This document shows positions 51,724 through 61,912 of a stretch of DNA of 64,000 bases, in pieces (position 1 is the first letter of the stretch; the number at the start of each line of letters is the position of its first letter). The position numbers and the translations under genes are program-made. Source of the stretch: Anaerolineales bacterium. GTDB lineage: Bacteria > Chloroflexota > Anaerolineae > Anaerolineales > E44-bin32. The notes under the pieces are model-generated. The model worked only from the letters and a program-made list of their open reading frames with translations. It had not been told where the DNA came from and made no database searches. Location: NCBI GenBank assembly GCA_016927115.1, contig JAFGNH010000025.1, forward strand, positions 1,202 through 65,201, read 5' to 3'.

Positions 51724-54700
51724 GATTCCACCACCGGTTGAAAGGTTTGCCCGTGGACCAGTTCAAGTGCACGCACAGCTGCGAGCTGGTGCATGATATC
51801 GGGGTCCTTAGGGTTGAGGGAGGCAGCCTGCTTCAGCATAAAACCTGCTTCCTGATATGCTTTTAACTTCTTCAGGATCATTCCAGCCATGAAGTGTGGA
51901 GCGGCCTGGTCTGGATCCAGTGAAATTGCTTCCTGGTATGCTTGCAGTGCAAGACTGAACTGTTTACGTTGTTCGAATATTTTTCCTCTGGCAAGTTGAA
52001 TTTGTGAATTAGCAGGATTCAACTCGGCTGCGGTATCGAGTTCATCTAGTGCATGATCCAGCTGGCCGGTTTCCATACAGAGGGTACCTAATTTGATCCT
52101 GTAGCCAGGATTACGGGGTGCAAGCCGGACCGCTTTTGTGAGTGCTTCAACGGCCTGGTTGTTCTGACCAATCGCCTGATAGGCGTCAGATAACAAAGCC
52201 CACAACTCCTCATCCGATGGGTCCTCTTCGATAAGTTGTTTCAGTTCCTGAAGGGCCTCATCCATCTTGCCGGTTTCCAACTTCAAGCGGGATCGTTCGA
52301 TGGCAAGATATTTCGTTTCGGGTATCAGGTTGCCTGCTTTTTCAAGAGCCTGCAGAGCGAGATCCGGTTCGCCGGCCGAGCGATGGATTTCACTGAGCAG
52401 GAGCAGTGCTTCAGCATGTTCCGGTTCGTCCTGCAGTAAAATGTGAACCAATTCAACAGCCTGGACAAAATCCTGCTGGGCCGCTGATGTTCTGGCCCGT
52501 CCGAGATAGTACGCCTCACCAGAAGCGCCCAGATCACCAGCACGCTGGAACCAGCGGGCTGCCTTAACCGGCTGCTCAAGTTCAAGCGCCAATTGACCCG
52601 CCTCAACGAATATTCCAGAATCTGCAGGGCTGGTGCGGATTGCCTGCTCATACACCTCGGTAGCTTCGGCCAGCTGGCCATCCTGAGCCAGGTTTTGTGC
52701 TAGTGAGCGGAGGAAAACGGTGTTTTCGGGCTCAAGAATCACAGCCTGCTGCAAATGGGGCAGTGCTGAGGCTGTATCTTCAATACCGGCATAGATTTGC
52801 CCGAGCGCGTTCTGCCACAGCGGTTCGTTTTCCCACCGGGTGACAGCTCCGGTCATTGATTGGCAATATGATTCGATTTCCCCCTCAATAAGCCAGGATG
52901 CCGCCTCCAGGTACTCCAGTACAGGTTGGAGATTCGGGTTGATCCTGAGAGAGGATATCGTTTTCCTGGCCATGGAAGTCTGTTTGTGATTGACCAGCGC
53001 AATCGATATCAACAAGGATTGCCAGTCATCCAGCTGTGTTTGCTGGTGGATTTTATGGAGGGTATCCAATGCCTTTGAAGGTTGGTTACTCCGGAGCTGG
53101 GTTACCGCCAGGCTGGTAAGGAACTCGGGGGTGAGATCTGGGTCAGCGACCGAGGAGATCTCTTCCATGGTTTCCTTTGTAAGGTGGAGCATGGCCAGTT
53201 TGAAGCGCAAATTTATCAGGTTGTCGCTGAAGGTTGTTTCTGTGCTGAGCTGATCGACATTTTCCGGATAGGTGGGGGGCAGGGTAATCCCGTTGAAGGA
53301 AGCTGACTTTACTGCATGAGTGCGGATATCACACAATTCCCTCAATACAGAATCTGCTTCACGAGCGGCCAACCATGCCTGCTGCATTTCCTGCTGAATT
53401 GCAGTGGTCTGATTTTGCTGTACCTCTTGAATCCCTGCGAAAACCTGAATACTGATATCCCAGTAGCCCAATGCTCGTGCGGCTCGTGAAAGCCAGAGTA
53501 CATCGTCTTCAGTGGTAACTGGTTGGGCATGTGCACGAGCAAACAGGTCGAGTGCCTGGTCGTAGGATTTTTCTTTCGCTGCTGCCAGCGCTGCAATTGA
53601 AAGCGAGCCAGCAGGGAGCGGTGTGTTCCATTCCATTGTTGATATGATGTTAAATGCTTCACTGGACTTATTCTGCAGGAGCAGGCACTTTGCCAGCAGA
53701 AGCTGAATCTCATGAGTGGATGGAGCTAAAGAAAGGGCCTTATCGAGCAGTATTTTCGCATCACTTAGTTCATCCAGCCTGATCAAACCATCAGCAGCCT
53801 TTGTGAGGACCGCAGGGTCATCAGGCGAAAGCGCAACAGCTTTGCGATACGACTGGCGTGAATCGATATGGTCACCTTCAGTAAGCTGGTAGGCAGCAAG
53901 CTGCAGCGGAAATGCAGCGCACTCGGTGAACCGGGAAGCTGCCTGATTGAGCAGCTCAGTGGCTGCAGCGCGCCGGTCCAGTTTCCAGAGGGCTTCACCG
54001 GCCCGCAGAAAACCTTCCGGATCCTGTGGAGCCTGCTGCGTGTATTTTCGCCACGCTTTCTGCGCTCCCTGGAAATCATTGGACCCTTCGCTCGCTTCCG
54101 CCAACTGGCGGAGAAGCCCATTTTCAAGAGGCAGTGTGTTGATCCCATAACGGAGAACACGAACCGCATTTTCATTCAAACCAGCTTTCAGCAGTAATTC
54201 ACCAGCTTTAATCAGTGTGGATGCAGAATGCCGGCCGTAGTAGAGTGCTGCAGCAGCCGAATCTCTAACGTCCTGGAGTCGATCCTGTGCCAGCCGAAGG
54301 GAAGCAGCATTCAACCAGGTTGAAGCGCTTTGAGGATACTTTTCCAGCATCATCTGCAGAATCTCTTCAGCCCTGGCTTCAGACCCTGAAGCAATTGCTG
54401 CCTGCAGGAGCAGTGATTGGGCGGCTTCATGGTCTTTCCGGAGTGAGAGTATCTGTGACGCTGTATCCATACACTGCTGGAACATACCTGCTTGCAGGTA
54501 TGCCTGTGCCAGAGGGAGCATCACATCGGTATCACCGGGTAGTGCTTCCATAGCTGATTCGAGGGTGGTTAGCGAGAGGATCAGATTTTCTTCTTCTGCT
54601 GCTGTACTCGCCAGGTTCAGAAATGCCATTTTCTGCATCTCACGATCAGTCGAGGCAGAAGCGGAGGCCAGGAAAGCCTGGTACTGCTGGCGTGCTTCTG

Positions 54701-56858
54701 CCCCGCGTCCTGCTGCAGCGAGGCTTTCAGCGAGCCAGAAAACGGCCTGATCCAACCCTTCCTTCCTTACTGCCTGCTGGAGGTGTAAAACAGCCTTTTC
54801 GAGCATGTTGCCATTATGTTGGCTTGCCAGGAAGAAAATCCTTCCGGCGGAAAGATTCTGCTCAGGCTCAAGATGAAGGGGAAGTTCTGCGAGCAACGAG
54901 GCAGCTTGAACAGCACTTCCCTCCGCCTCGGTCAACAGAGCGAGATTAAGCACGAGTTCCCAGTTCCGTGGCTGCAGCTCATGAGCTTTCTGCAGCACGA
55001 TGCTGGCCTTGGGATCCGCCATCTTCTGCAAGAGAGAGGCGTAGAGCATAGCTGTACGTGCAGACCGCTGATTCAGCCTGAACGCACGTTCGGCAAAACC
55101 CAGGGCTTCGCTGTACCGGTTCTTTGTATAAAGCCAGTCTGCATATGCAGTCAGGAGTTCGGGGTCATCCAGTACAGCCTGATTGGCTCGGGCAAAAGCA
55201 GTCTCGATTTCTCCATCGGCAGCCGTGTCTTTCAGAGTATTTATGTAAGCCAGCCATAAAGCCGGCTCGTGGGGATACTCTGTCAGGAGCGAATTCATTC
55301 GCTGGGCTGCCTCATCCGTCTTTCCCAGACGGGATAAAGCCTGACAATGAATGGTTTCTGCCAGAAGGTCTTCCGGGTTTTCCTCAAGCATCAATGCAGC
55401 TGTAGACTGGGCGAGTTCCGCTGAACCGGCTTCCAGTGCGCATTGTGCCATATTGGCTCGTTCCAACGGCTCCACGTCGGTGAGTTTTTCCCAATGGGGC
55501 AGAGCCTGAGCGTGCTTCCCGATTGCCTGAAGGGCTAAAGCCAGAATTTTACGTCCGGGAAGCGAACCAGGGGCCATTGATAGCCCGATCTGGGCGGTTT
55601 CAACCGCTGAACGGTAGTCTCCGCTTGCATACAGCTGTGCAGCAAGAATAGAATGGGCTTCCGGATTTCCCGGATTCATGCTGGTGTATGTCCGGGCGAC
55701 TTCCAGAGAGGCCTGTTGTCCGCTGGTTTTATCCAGGGTATCAAGCAGCACTGCAACCCAGTAAGCGAGATTGCCTTCAATATCCTGAATACCGTCAGCT
55801 GCCTGTGACAGCAGAACCTTTGCCCGTTCGATTTCACCCAGTTCCCGCTGAGATATGCCGGCAGCAATGCACTCCTCAATGCTTTCACAAGCGTCAGGGA
55901 GGACTGCGAGTGCTTCCTCATACTGCCCGAGGTTGTTATATGCCTGTGCAAGCAGTGCTCGCCGCAGGTGGGATGGTTCTGTCTGGAGTGCCTGCTTCCT
56001 GCGGGAAGCTTCCTTTTTATAATCCTGTTCTTTCCATGCAGCTTCAGCCAGCTCATCTGCCAGGATCGCTTGCAGGGAGGAGAGGTTTTCAAAGCTGTTT
56101 TCGAGGTCCATATCAGGATTTGCAGAATCAACCGTAAGCAGCTTTTTCGCAGCCTGGTTGACCGCCAACCCGGTGATTCGGTGCTCAAGGGAAGCGGATG
56201 AGGTTCCTGCTTCTTGAGAGAGCTCTGCGGTAATTGCCGCGACCAGTTCCGTCTCTCCTCTGTTTTGAAGCCTCACTGCAATTCTATTGAGGTCCTCAAT
56301 GGGAAGGGAAACAAACCTGCGGGCTGCTCCTATAAGACCTTCATTTGCGATCAGGCAGCTGCACAGAAGCTGCAGCGCTTCTTGCTCTTCCGACAGCGAA
56401 AGAAGAGAAAATAGCTCGTTACCTGCAGGCAGGTATGGCCATGCAAAAAGCAGGGGTTCCTGCCAGAAGGCCGGGTTGTTCAGGACGACGTTCGCAACTT
56501 CATTTTCCCAACCAGTACGGTCGGCGGCTTGTAGAATATGTGATGCGAAAGAAGCGGCTTCTTCAATCGTCTTTGGACTCCGTTGTTCTGGCAGCACATC
56601 TGACCAATCTGTTTCCTTTCCCTTCTGGGCCAATGAGCCTGGCTGGAGGGTTTCCGGTTTCTGATTGATAGCCAGAAAGGCTAACCGGGACGGTGCCAGG
56701 TTATCGGGTGAGACCTGGTCTGTCGCTGCAAGCACAGCAGGCCGATGCAGATATTCCCACGCCAGCGGTGATCGCATCAGGCGACCAACTGTTGCGGGGA
56801 TTTCACCAGGAGACAAGATTTTGCTAAGACGAGCCAGTACTTCAGTGTCCGCGATCAT
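51720..56858 (-). CDS. Giant tetratricopeptide-repeat protein (about 1710 aa)
   Basis: Many TPR-type repeats (A...LG..Y...G....A...Y..A..L.P); no catalytic motif seen. Confidence 0.9.
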   Translation of the reverse strand: MIADTEVLARLSKILSPGEIPATVGRLMRSPLAWEYLHRPAVLAATDQVSPDNLAPSRLAFLAINQKPETLQPGSLAQKGKETDWSDVLPEQRSPKTIEEAASFASHILQAADRTGWENEVANVVLNNPAFWQEPLLFAWPYLPAGNELFSLLSLSEEQEALQLLCSCLIANEGLIGAARRFVSLPIEDLNRIAVRLQNRGETELVAAITAELSQEAGTSSASLEHRITGLAVNQAAKKLLTVDSANPDMDLENSFENLSSLQAILADELAEAAWKEQDYKKEASRRKQALQTEPSHLRRALLAQAYNNLGQYEEALAVLPDACESIEECIAAGISQRELGEIERAKVLLSQAADGIQDIEGNLAYWVAVLLDTLDKTSGQQASLEVARTYTSMNPGNPEAHSILAAQLYASGDYRSAVETAQIGLSMAPGSLPGRKILALALQAIGKHAQALPHWEKLTDVEPLERANMAQCALEAGSAELAQSTAALMLEENPEDLLAETIHCQALSRLGKTDEAAQRMNSLLTEYPHEPALWLAYINTLKDTAADGEIETAFARANQAVLDDPELLTAYADWLYTKNRYSEALGFAERAFRLNQRSARTAMLYASLLQKMADPKASIVLQKAHELQPRNWELVLNLALLTEAEGSAVQAASLLAELPLHLEPEQNLSAGRIFFLASQHNGNMLEKAVLHLQQAVRKEGLDQAVFWLAESLAAAGRGAEARQQYQAFLASASASTDREMQKMAFLNLASTAAEEENLILSLTTLESAMEALPGDTDVMLPLAQAYLQAGMFQQCMDTASQILSLRKDHEAAQSLLLQAAIASGSEARAEEILQMMLEKYPQSASTWLNAASLRLAQDRLQDVRDSAAAALYYGRHSASTLIKAGELLLKAGLNENAVRVLRYGINTLPLENGLLRQLAEASEGSNDFQGAQKAWRKYTQQAPQDPEGFLRAGEALWKLDRRAAATELLNQAASRFTECAAFPLQLAAYQLTEGDHIDSRQSYRKAVALSPDDPAVLTKAADGLIRLDELSDAKILLDKALSLAPSTHEIQLLLAKCLLLQNKSSEAFNIISTMEWNTPLPAGSLSIAALAAAKEKSYDQALDLFARAHAQPVTTEDDVLWLSRAARALGYWDISIQVFAGIQEVQQNQTTAIQQEMQQAWLAAREADSVLRELCDIRTHAVKSASFNGITLPPTYPENVDQLSTETTFSDNLINLRFKLAMLHLTKETMEEISSVADPDLTPEFLTSLAVTQLRSNQPSKALDTLHKIHQQTQLDDWQSLLISIALVNHKQTSMARKTISSLRINPNLQPVLEYLEAASWLIEGEIESYCQSMTGAVTRWENEPLWQNALGQIYAGIEDTASALPHLQQAVILEPENTVFLRSLAQNLAQDGQLAEATEVYEQAIRTSPADSGIFVEAGQLALELEQPVKAARWFQRAGDLGASGEAYYLGRARTSAAQQDFVQAVELVHILLQDEPEHAEALLLLSEIHRSAGEPDLALQALEKAGNLIPETKYLAIERSRLKLETGKMDEALQELKQLIEEDPSDEELWALLSDAYQAIGQNNQAVEALTKAVRLAPRNPGYRIKLGTLCMETGQLDHALDELDTAAELNPANSQIQLARGKIFEQRKQFSLALQAYQEAISLDPDQAAPHFMAGMILKKLKAYQEAGFMLKQAASLNPKDPDIMHQLAAVRALELVHGQTFQPVVES

Positions 56859-56870
56859 ACAGATCAACTC

Positions 56871-57206
56871 CTAAGCAGGTATGGCTGCAATTTGCTGGAG
56901 CGCCCAGAAGGATGCCCCCATCAATCCAAGGCCAATCAGCATCAGGAAAGCGCCGATGCCGGTTGATGTGCGTACCAGCTGATTGACAGCATAGACCAGT
57001 TCCGATGCACTTGAGACCAGCCCTGCAACTTCCTGTGCCAGGCCCTTCTGGCCCAATTCAGCGGTGCTGGACGCGAGAGCCTGGATCTCACTGGCATACC
57101 CGCGGCGCAGCAGGATGTAAACGCCCAGCAGGAAGCAGAAAGCACCCAGCACAAAAATGGCGGCGGTAACAAGCAGTCGGGTTTCTAAAACTGAGAATGG
57201 GAACAT
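56871..57206 (-). CDS. Two-TM small membrane protein
   Basis: GGAGG RBS; TM - amphipathic helix - TM; first gene after a sigma-54 promoter. Confidence 0.8.
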   Translation of the reverse strand: MFPFSVLETRLLVTAAIFVLGAFCFLLGVYILLRRGYASEIQALASSTAELGQKGLAQEVAGLVSSASELVYAVNQLVRTSTGIGAFLMLIGLGLMGASFWALQQIAAIPA

Positions 57207-57241
57207 GGAATACCTCCAGATAGATCATCTGAGATATTCAG

Positions 57242-57257
57242 TGCAAGGATCGTGCCA
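57242..57257 (-). promoter_or_regulatory. Sigma-54 (-24/-12) promoter upstream of the membrane protein / TPR / protease genes
   Basis: Minus strand TGGCACGATCCTTGCA, a consensus match in a 67-nt intergenic gap. Confidence 0.88.
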
Positions 57258-57273
57258 GTTTAGTTAGTGTTCC

Positions 57274-58440
57274 CTAGTTCTGGAATTCAGGAGGAAGGTG
57301 ATTGATATCAATAGTTTCATCATCGCAGAAGAGCATTGCACGTTCGATCGTATGGCGCAGCTCGCGGATATTTCCCGGCCAGTAGGGCTGCTTGAGTGCT
57401 TCGAGTGCACGTGGGGAAGCGCTGCTGATGGCAGTTCCCATACGAGGATTCAACTGGCGGATAAACGTTCCCACCAGTGCCGGGATATCAGCCTTGCGTT
57501 CACGCAGGGGTGGTATATGCAGGTCCAGTACCTTCAGGCGGTAAAACAGGTCTTCACGGAAGGTCTTTTCGGCAACCATTGCAGGCAAATCACGGTTGGA
57601 TGCGGCCAGAATCTGGATGTCAACAGATATTTCTGTAACTCCGCCGACACGCCGGAAGGAGCGATCTTCGAGGACTCGCAGTAATTTTGCCTGCATATCC
57701 GGTTTTGTAGAAGAAATTTCATCGAGAAACAGGATTCCGCCATCGGCAACTTCGATTAACCCGGGTTTTTTCTTGACAGCGCCGGTAAATGCGCCTGCTT
57801 CGTGGCCAAAAAGCTCAGATTCAATCATGGTATCGGGAAGGGCGGAGCAGTTAATCGGGATGAAGGATTTATCGGCGCGCGGGCTCATCTGTCTGAGTGC
57901 CTGTGCCAGAACTTCCTTGCCTGTACCGGTTTCTCCGGTAATCAACACGGAAACGGACGCCTGGGCAGCCCGTTGGGCTTCATGCATCAGTTTTTTCATC
58001 TCCGGCGTGTCACCAACGATCATTTCCACCTGTCCGGATGAAGCTCTGCGAAAAAGGTCGATTTCCCGGCGCATGGTTACGATCTCGCTGGAACGGTCAA
58101 CAGCCTGCTGCAAGCGCTGAAGGTCAAGCGGCTTCTGCAGGAAATCAACAGCACCTTTTTTCATTGCTTCAACGGCGGTGTCAATTTCACCGAAAGCCGT
58201 GATCAGAATGACCGGCGGGCTGGGGTTTTCAAGGGCAATTGTGTCCAGGAGAGACAGTCCGGAACCGTCCGGCAGCATTACATCGAGGAGGATAATGTCC
58301 GCTTCACCAACACCGATAATTTCCCGGGCTTCAGCCAGAGAACCCGCTTCAAGTGTCTGGTAACCGGCGTCTTTGAGTGCTTCGCCCACAAAACTACGGG
58401 CGATTTCTTCGTCATCAATGATCAAGACTGTAATCGACAT
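57274..58440 (-). CDS. Sigma-54-dependent response regulator (REC plus AAA+), no C-terminal HTH
   Basis: IDDE/LLD REC domain; GETGTGKE, ELFGHE.GAFTGA, LFLDEI, FREDLFYRL, WPGNIREL; ends about 25 aa later. Confidence 0.93.
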   Translation of the reverse strand: MSITVLIIDDEEIARSFVGEALKDAGYQTLEAGSLAEAREIIGVGEADIILLDVMLPDGSGLSLLDTIALENPSPPVILITAFGEIDTAVEAMKKGAVDFLQKPLDLQRLQQAVDRSSEIVTMRREIDLFRRASSGQVEMIVGDTPEMKKLMHEAQRAAQASVSVLITGETGTGKEVLAQALRQMSPRADKSFIPINCSALPDTMIESELFGHEAGAFTGAVKKKPGLIEVADGGILFLDEISSTKPDMQAKLLRVLEDRSFRRVGGVTEISVDIQILAASNRDLPAMVAEKTFREDLFYRLKVLDLHIPPLRERKADIPALVGTFIRQLNPRMGTAISSASPRALEALKQPYWPGNIRELRHTIERAMLFCDDETIDINHLPPEFQN

Positions 58441-58443
58441 GCA

Positions 58444-60417
58444 CTACTCCTGTCCGGATTTAGGTGCAGCTGGGATCTGTATGGTAAAGATTGTACCCGC
58501 TCCCGGATAACTTTCAACTGCGATATGCCCTTTATGAGCGTTCAGAATACGGCGGCTGATCGCCAGGCCAAGCCCGGTACCACTCTTTTTCGTTGTGAAG
58601 AAAGGATTAAAGATGCGATCAATTAACTCCTGTGGTATTCCGGGGCCCGTATCTGCGATTTTTATCTCAACCATCTCACCCTGTGGCGTGATCGCCTTTT
58701 CAAGCGAAACGGAGAGTGTGCCTCCCTCTTCCATTGCCTGCATGGCATTGGTGATCAGGTTCACCAGGACATGCTCCAGTGTCCGCTGATCAGCCAGTGC
58801 AGCCGGTGCAGAGGTATTAAAGGCGGTGTAACATTCAATATTAGACTGCTGCAGGCGTGGTTTCCAGCGTTGGAGCAGGCGATCGAGCAGATCCTGGAGC
58901 AAGAGAGGCTCCATTTTTAATTCCAATGGGCGGGCAAAGAAAAGAACATCACTGAGGAGTTGATCAAGCCGGGTACATTCCTTTCGGATCCGGTCCAGTG
59001 AGGGGAACAACTCATGATCCTCACCCAGCCGTGAACCGATCAGCTGAACACCAGTGCTGATATTATTGATCGGGTTGCGGACTTCGTGAGCGAAAATGGC
59101 AGTTACTTCGCCCAGAAGTGCACGCTGGCTGAGGGCTTCATTCTGATCGGCAATCGCCTGTTTTTCTGATTGATCGGAGAAAACAACCAGCAGAGAGGGC
59201 TCTTCCCCACCGGATCGTGGGTGGACAGAAAGACGAATGGGGAAGGGGGTGCCATCCCTGCGGTGGATCACAAGGTTCGATTCGGCAGAAAGCGGCTGTC
59301 CATGCGATGCAAGCAGCCAGGAGAGTATGTCTGTAGAGCTTACAAGCACGTCCTGTACGCCTCGTCCCTGCAGGTCACGCACAGGGCTGCCGAGCATTTT
59401 TGCAGCTGCAGGGTTGATGTACTGGACTTTGTAGCTGCTGTCCAGGTGAAGGATGCCATCGGTAATAATAGCGGATTGGTCTTCCAATTTTGTTTGCAGC
59501 AGGCTGAGTCTCTGTTGAAGCGTCGAAAAGGTCTGTCTTTGCAGTTCGAGCAATATACCTGCATGGAGGATGGTGGCGGCTGCTTCCATCAGATTTTGGC
59601 TGGATTCTGACACTGCGCCCGGTTCTTCCCAACCGATAACAAGCAGTCCGATCAGGGCATTCTCGCTGCCGATAGGAGTGATGTGGAGCGACTGCAGGCC
59701 GGATGCACGGGCTGCTTTTTTCAGGGGATGGTCCGGCCGTTGTCCAAGGCTCCAGGAGGAAGGTTTCTCCAACGTATCCATATCGTTCAGCTGCAGGACT
59801 TCAGGGAAAGATGCCGGAAGTGCGCTGGCCAGATTGTAGACTGGCTCCTGAGGCGCTACACGATAGATGCCCGTCATGGCTGCGGCAAGCAGTGCTGTGG
59901 TTTTCTGCAATGCATCTTCAAGGGAAGGATTCTCCGTATTGAACAGAGCATCCATCATACCTTTAAGCAGAAGGAACTGCTCCTGCTGAGCTGTATTCAG
60001 GCGTTCATTCCGGGTGCGGATGCTTGAGGCTCGGGCAATTATCAGGATATCATTCTGTGCAGCTGGGACAGGACGGGCTTCCAGATCGATCCGGAGGATA
60101 CTACCCGGATGTGTTCGCATGGCCAGATCTGTCAGCGTAATTTCTGCGCCGGATTTACAATCGAATAACGCCCTTTTCAGGTCACTTCCACTATCGCCAG
60201 GGAAGAGAGAAAGAGGGCTGACCCGTTCGAGATCTGATCGGGCATAACCTGAAAGCACAAGAAACGCATGATTTACGGAAATAAAACGGCAGCCATCATT
60301 GCTGATAACAAGGATACTATCCGGCAGAATGTCGGATAGTATCCGGAAATACTCTTGATAGGGGTTGGGTTTCAGCAGCCTGGAAATTGCACTGCCTGAA
60401 AGGTTGGGCCCAGACAA
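58444..60417 (-). CDS. Cytoplasmic PAS-GAF-PAS histidine kinase (NtrB/AtoS-type)
   Basis: AHEVRNP H-box, NLITNA, DTGPGI, FNPFFTTK..GTGLGL. Confidence 0.93.
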   Translation of the reverse strand: MSGPNLSGSAISRLLKPNPYQEYFRILSDILPDSILVISNDGCRFISVNHAFLVLSGYARSDLERVSPLSLFPGDSGSDLKRALFDCKSGAEITLTDLAMRTHPGSILRIDLEARPVPAAQNDILIIARASSIRTRNERLNTAQQEQFLLLKGMMDALFNTENPSLEDALQKTTALLAAAMTGIYRVAPQEPVYNLASALPASFPEVLQLNDMDTLEKPSSWSLGQRPDHPLKKAARASGLQSLHITPIGSENALIGLLVIGWEEPGAVSESSQNLMEAAATILHAGILLELQRQTFSTLQQRLSLLQTKLEDQSAIITDGILHLDSSYKVQYINPAAAKMLGSPVRDLQGRGVQDVLVSSTDILSWLLASHGQPLSAESNLVIHRRDGTPFPIRLSVHPRSGGEEPSLLVVFSDQSEKQAIADQNEALSQRALLGEVTAIFAHEVRNPINNISTGVQLIGSRLGEDHELFPSLDRIRKECTRLDQLLSDVLFFARPLELKMEPLLLQDLLDRLLQRWKPRLQQSNIECYTAFNTSAPAALADQRTLEHVLVNLITNAMQAMEEGGTLSVSLEKAITPQGEMVEIKIADTGPGIPQELIDRIFNPFFTTKKSGTGLGLAISRRILNAHKGHIAVESYPGAGTIFTIQIPAAPKSGQE

Positions 60418-60420
60418 CGA

Positions 60421-61842
60421 TTACACTCTGGCGGCAGCCGGCGCTTTTTTATGCCGCAGCCGGGCCGGTAAGATACCTTCAATCGAACGATATTTCGCCA
60501 CCGTTCGACGGGCAATACTGATATTCTGCTTTCTCAGCAGTTCCACAATTTGTTCATCAGTGTAGGGCTTGGTTTCTTTGCGGACAATGTCTTTGATACG
60601 ATCCCGCACTGACAGGCTCCGGTCAAAAAAGCGGCTCAGCGGGATGATCCGTCCATCTGGAAGCGCAACCGATTTACTGGAAACAGCTCGGGAAATTGTG
60701 GATTCGTGCACACCGATTTCTTCTGCAATTGCTGCCCGGGTCATCGGAGACAACTCTCGATCGCCCCGAAGAATGAAATTGCGCTGTTTGCCGACCAGGA
60801 TTTCCATAAGCTGGCGCATGGTATTGTTCCGCTGCTGCATGCACTTCACAAAGAGATTTGCCCGATCCAGGTGTTTGCCCCAGGCGTCGCTTTTGCTGTC
60901 TTCGGCAGAAGCAGCGGCTTTGCGGAAGAGCGGGTTGACACGCAGCCAGCCGTATATCGGGGCGAAAATTTCGACCACCAGTGCACCTTCGGGATCAACG
61001 GGATTGTGACTGATCAGGATGTCGGGTGTGTGGTAGATGTTAGGATCGGCGGCAATAGCCTGACGCCCGGATCCCCAATAGGCACTGGCGGGGTAGGGGT
61101 TAAGGTTATCATGAATGAATTGGACAGCTGTACGGACTTTCTGCAGGCTGATCTTCAGCTTGCGGGAGATTGTCTCGTAGTCTTTTTTACCCAGCTCGGA
61201 AAAAAGAGTCAGAATAATCTGCCGTGCGTAGCCGATGATTAGATTCTCAGGCTCTTCTTGCTGGATCAGATCGAGCTGCACGAGCAGAGCATCACGCGGG
61301 CCGCTGGTGGCTAATCCTGGAGGATCGGTATGTGAAATCAGGTCAAGCACACGTGTGACCTGCTCCATCGGGGAGCGTGTCAGGCGGGCGAGCATTACGG
61401 GTGGGTCCTGCAGAAACCCGTTATCATCCAGACTGGAGAGGATGTAAACAGCGAGTTTGCGATCCTCAGGCCGGATATCCGCTGCCAGCTGGCGAAGAAC
61501 GGAGAGGGAAAGATCTTCCGGTGCTGCCGGCTCCTGATCCGCCAGGCCGTCTTCTGAGGAACGGGATCGGCCCGGAGCGAAGGATTCGCGCGGTGACAGG
61601 AACACAATCGGCTCATCCTGGCTGCGGGCGGCGCTGCATGCCGGACAGGGACCTGGCGAACGCAGCGGGCGATGGCAGGAAGGACAGACACTCTCATCGA
61701 CGATTTCCAGGGCAGGATTTGAAGAAATCTCGTGCAGGATTTCCTCGCGCAGGTCCTGGTTTGAAAGCACCAGCAGGCTCATTGTTTGAGCCAGGTGTGC
61801 TGTAGCAAGTGGTCGGAGTGATTGGTCTTGAATTTGGAACAT
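60421..61842 (-). CDS. rpoN: RNA polymerase sigma-54 factor with Cys4 insertion
   Basis: L..S..DL...I..E...NPALE region I, LDDNGFL, HESTISRAV HTH, RpoN box ARRTVAKYR. Confidence 0.96.
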   Translation of the reverse strand: MFQIQDQSLRPLATAHLAQTMSLLVLSNQDLREEILHEISSNPALEIVDESVCPSCHRPLRSPGPCPACSAARSQDEPIVFLSPRESFAPGRSRSSEDGLADQEPAAPEDLSLSVLRQLAADIRPEDRKLAVYILSSLDDNGFLQDPPVMLARLTRSPMEQVTRVLDLISHTDPPGLATSGPRDALLVQLDLIQQEEPENLIIGYARQIILTLFSELGKKDYETISRKLKISLQKVRTAVQFIHDNLNPYPASAYWGSGRQAIAADPNIYHTPDILISHNPVDPEGALVVEIFAPIYGWLRVNPLFRKAAASAEDSKSDAWGKHLDRANLFVKCMQQRNNTMRQLMEILVGKQRNFILRGDRELSPMTRAAIAEEIGVHESTISRAVSSKSVALPDGRIIPLSRFFDRSLSVRDRIKDIVRKETKPYTDEQIVELLRKQNISIARRTVAKYRSIEGILPARLRHKKAPAAARV

Positions 61843-61896
61843 GAGAATCCCTCGATTTGTGAGTATACTTCAGGATGAATGCCTGCGCAATATCGT

Positions 61897-61912
61897 TGCA
61901 AGATATGTGCCA
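61897..61912 (-). promoter_or_regulatory. Sigma-54 (-24/-12) promoter upstream of rpoN itself
   Basis: Minus strand TGGCACATATCTTGCA, 54 nt before the rpoN ATG. Confidence 0.85.

Noticed and set aside
45174-61912. Sigma-54 block as a genomic island integrated at tRNA-Leu
   Set aside because: No integrase or transposase, no duplicated tRNA 3' end seen at the far boundary, and no obvious compositional shift.
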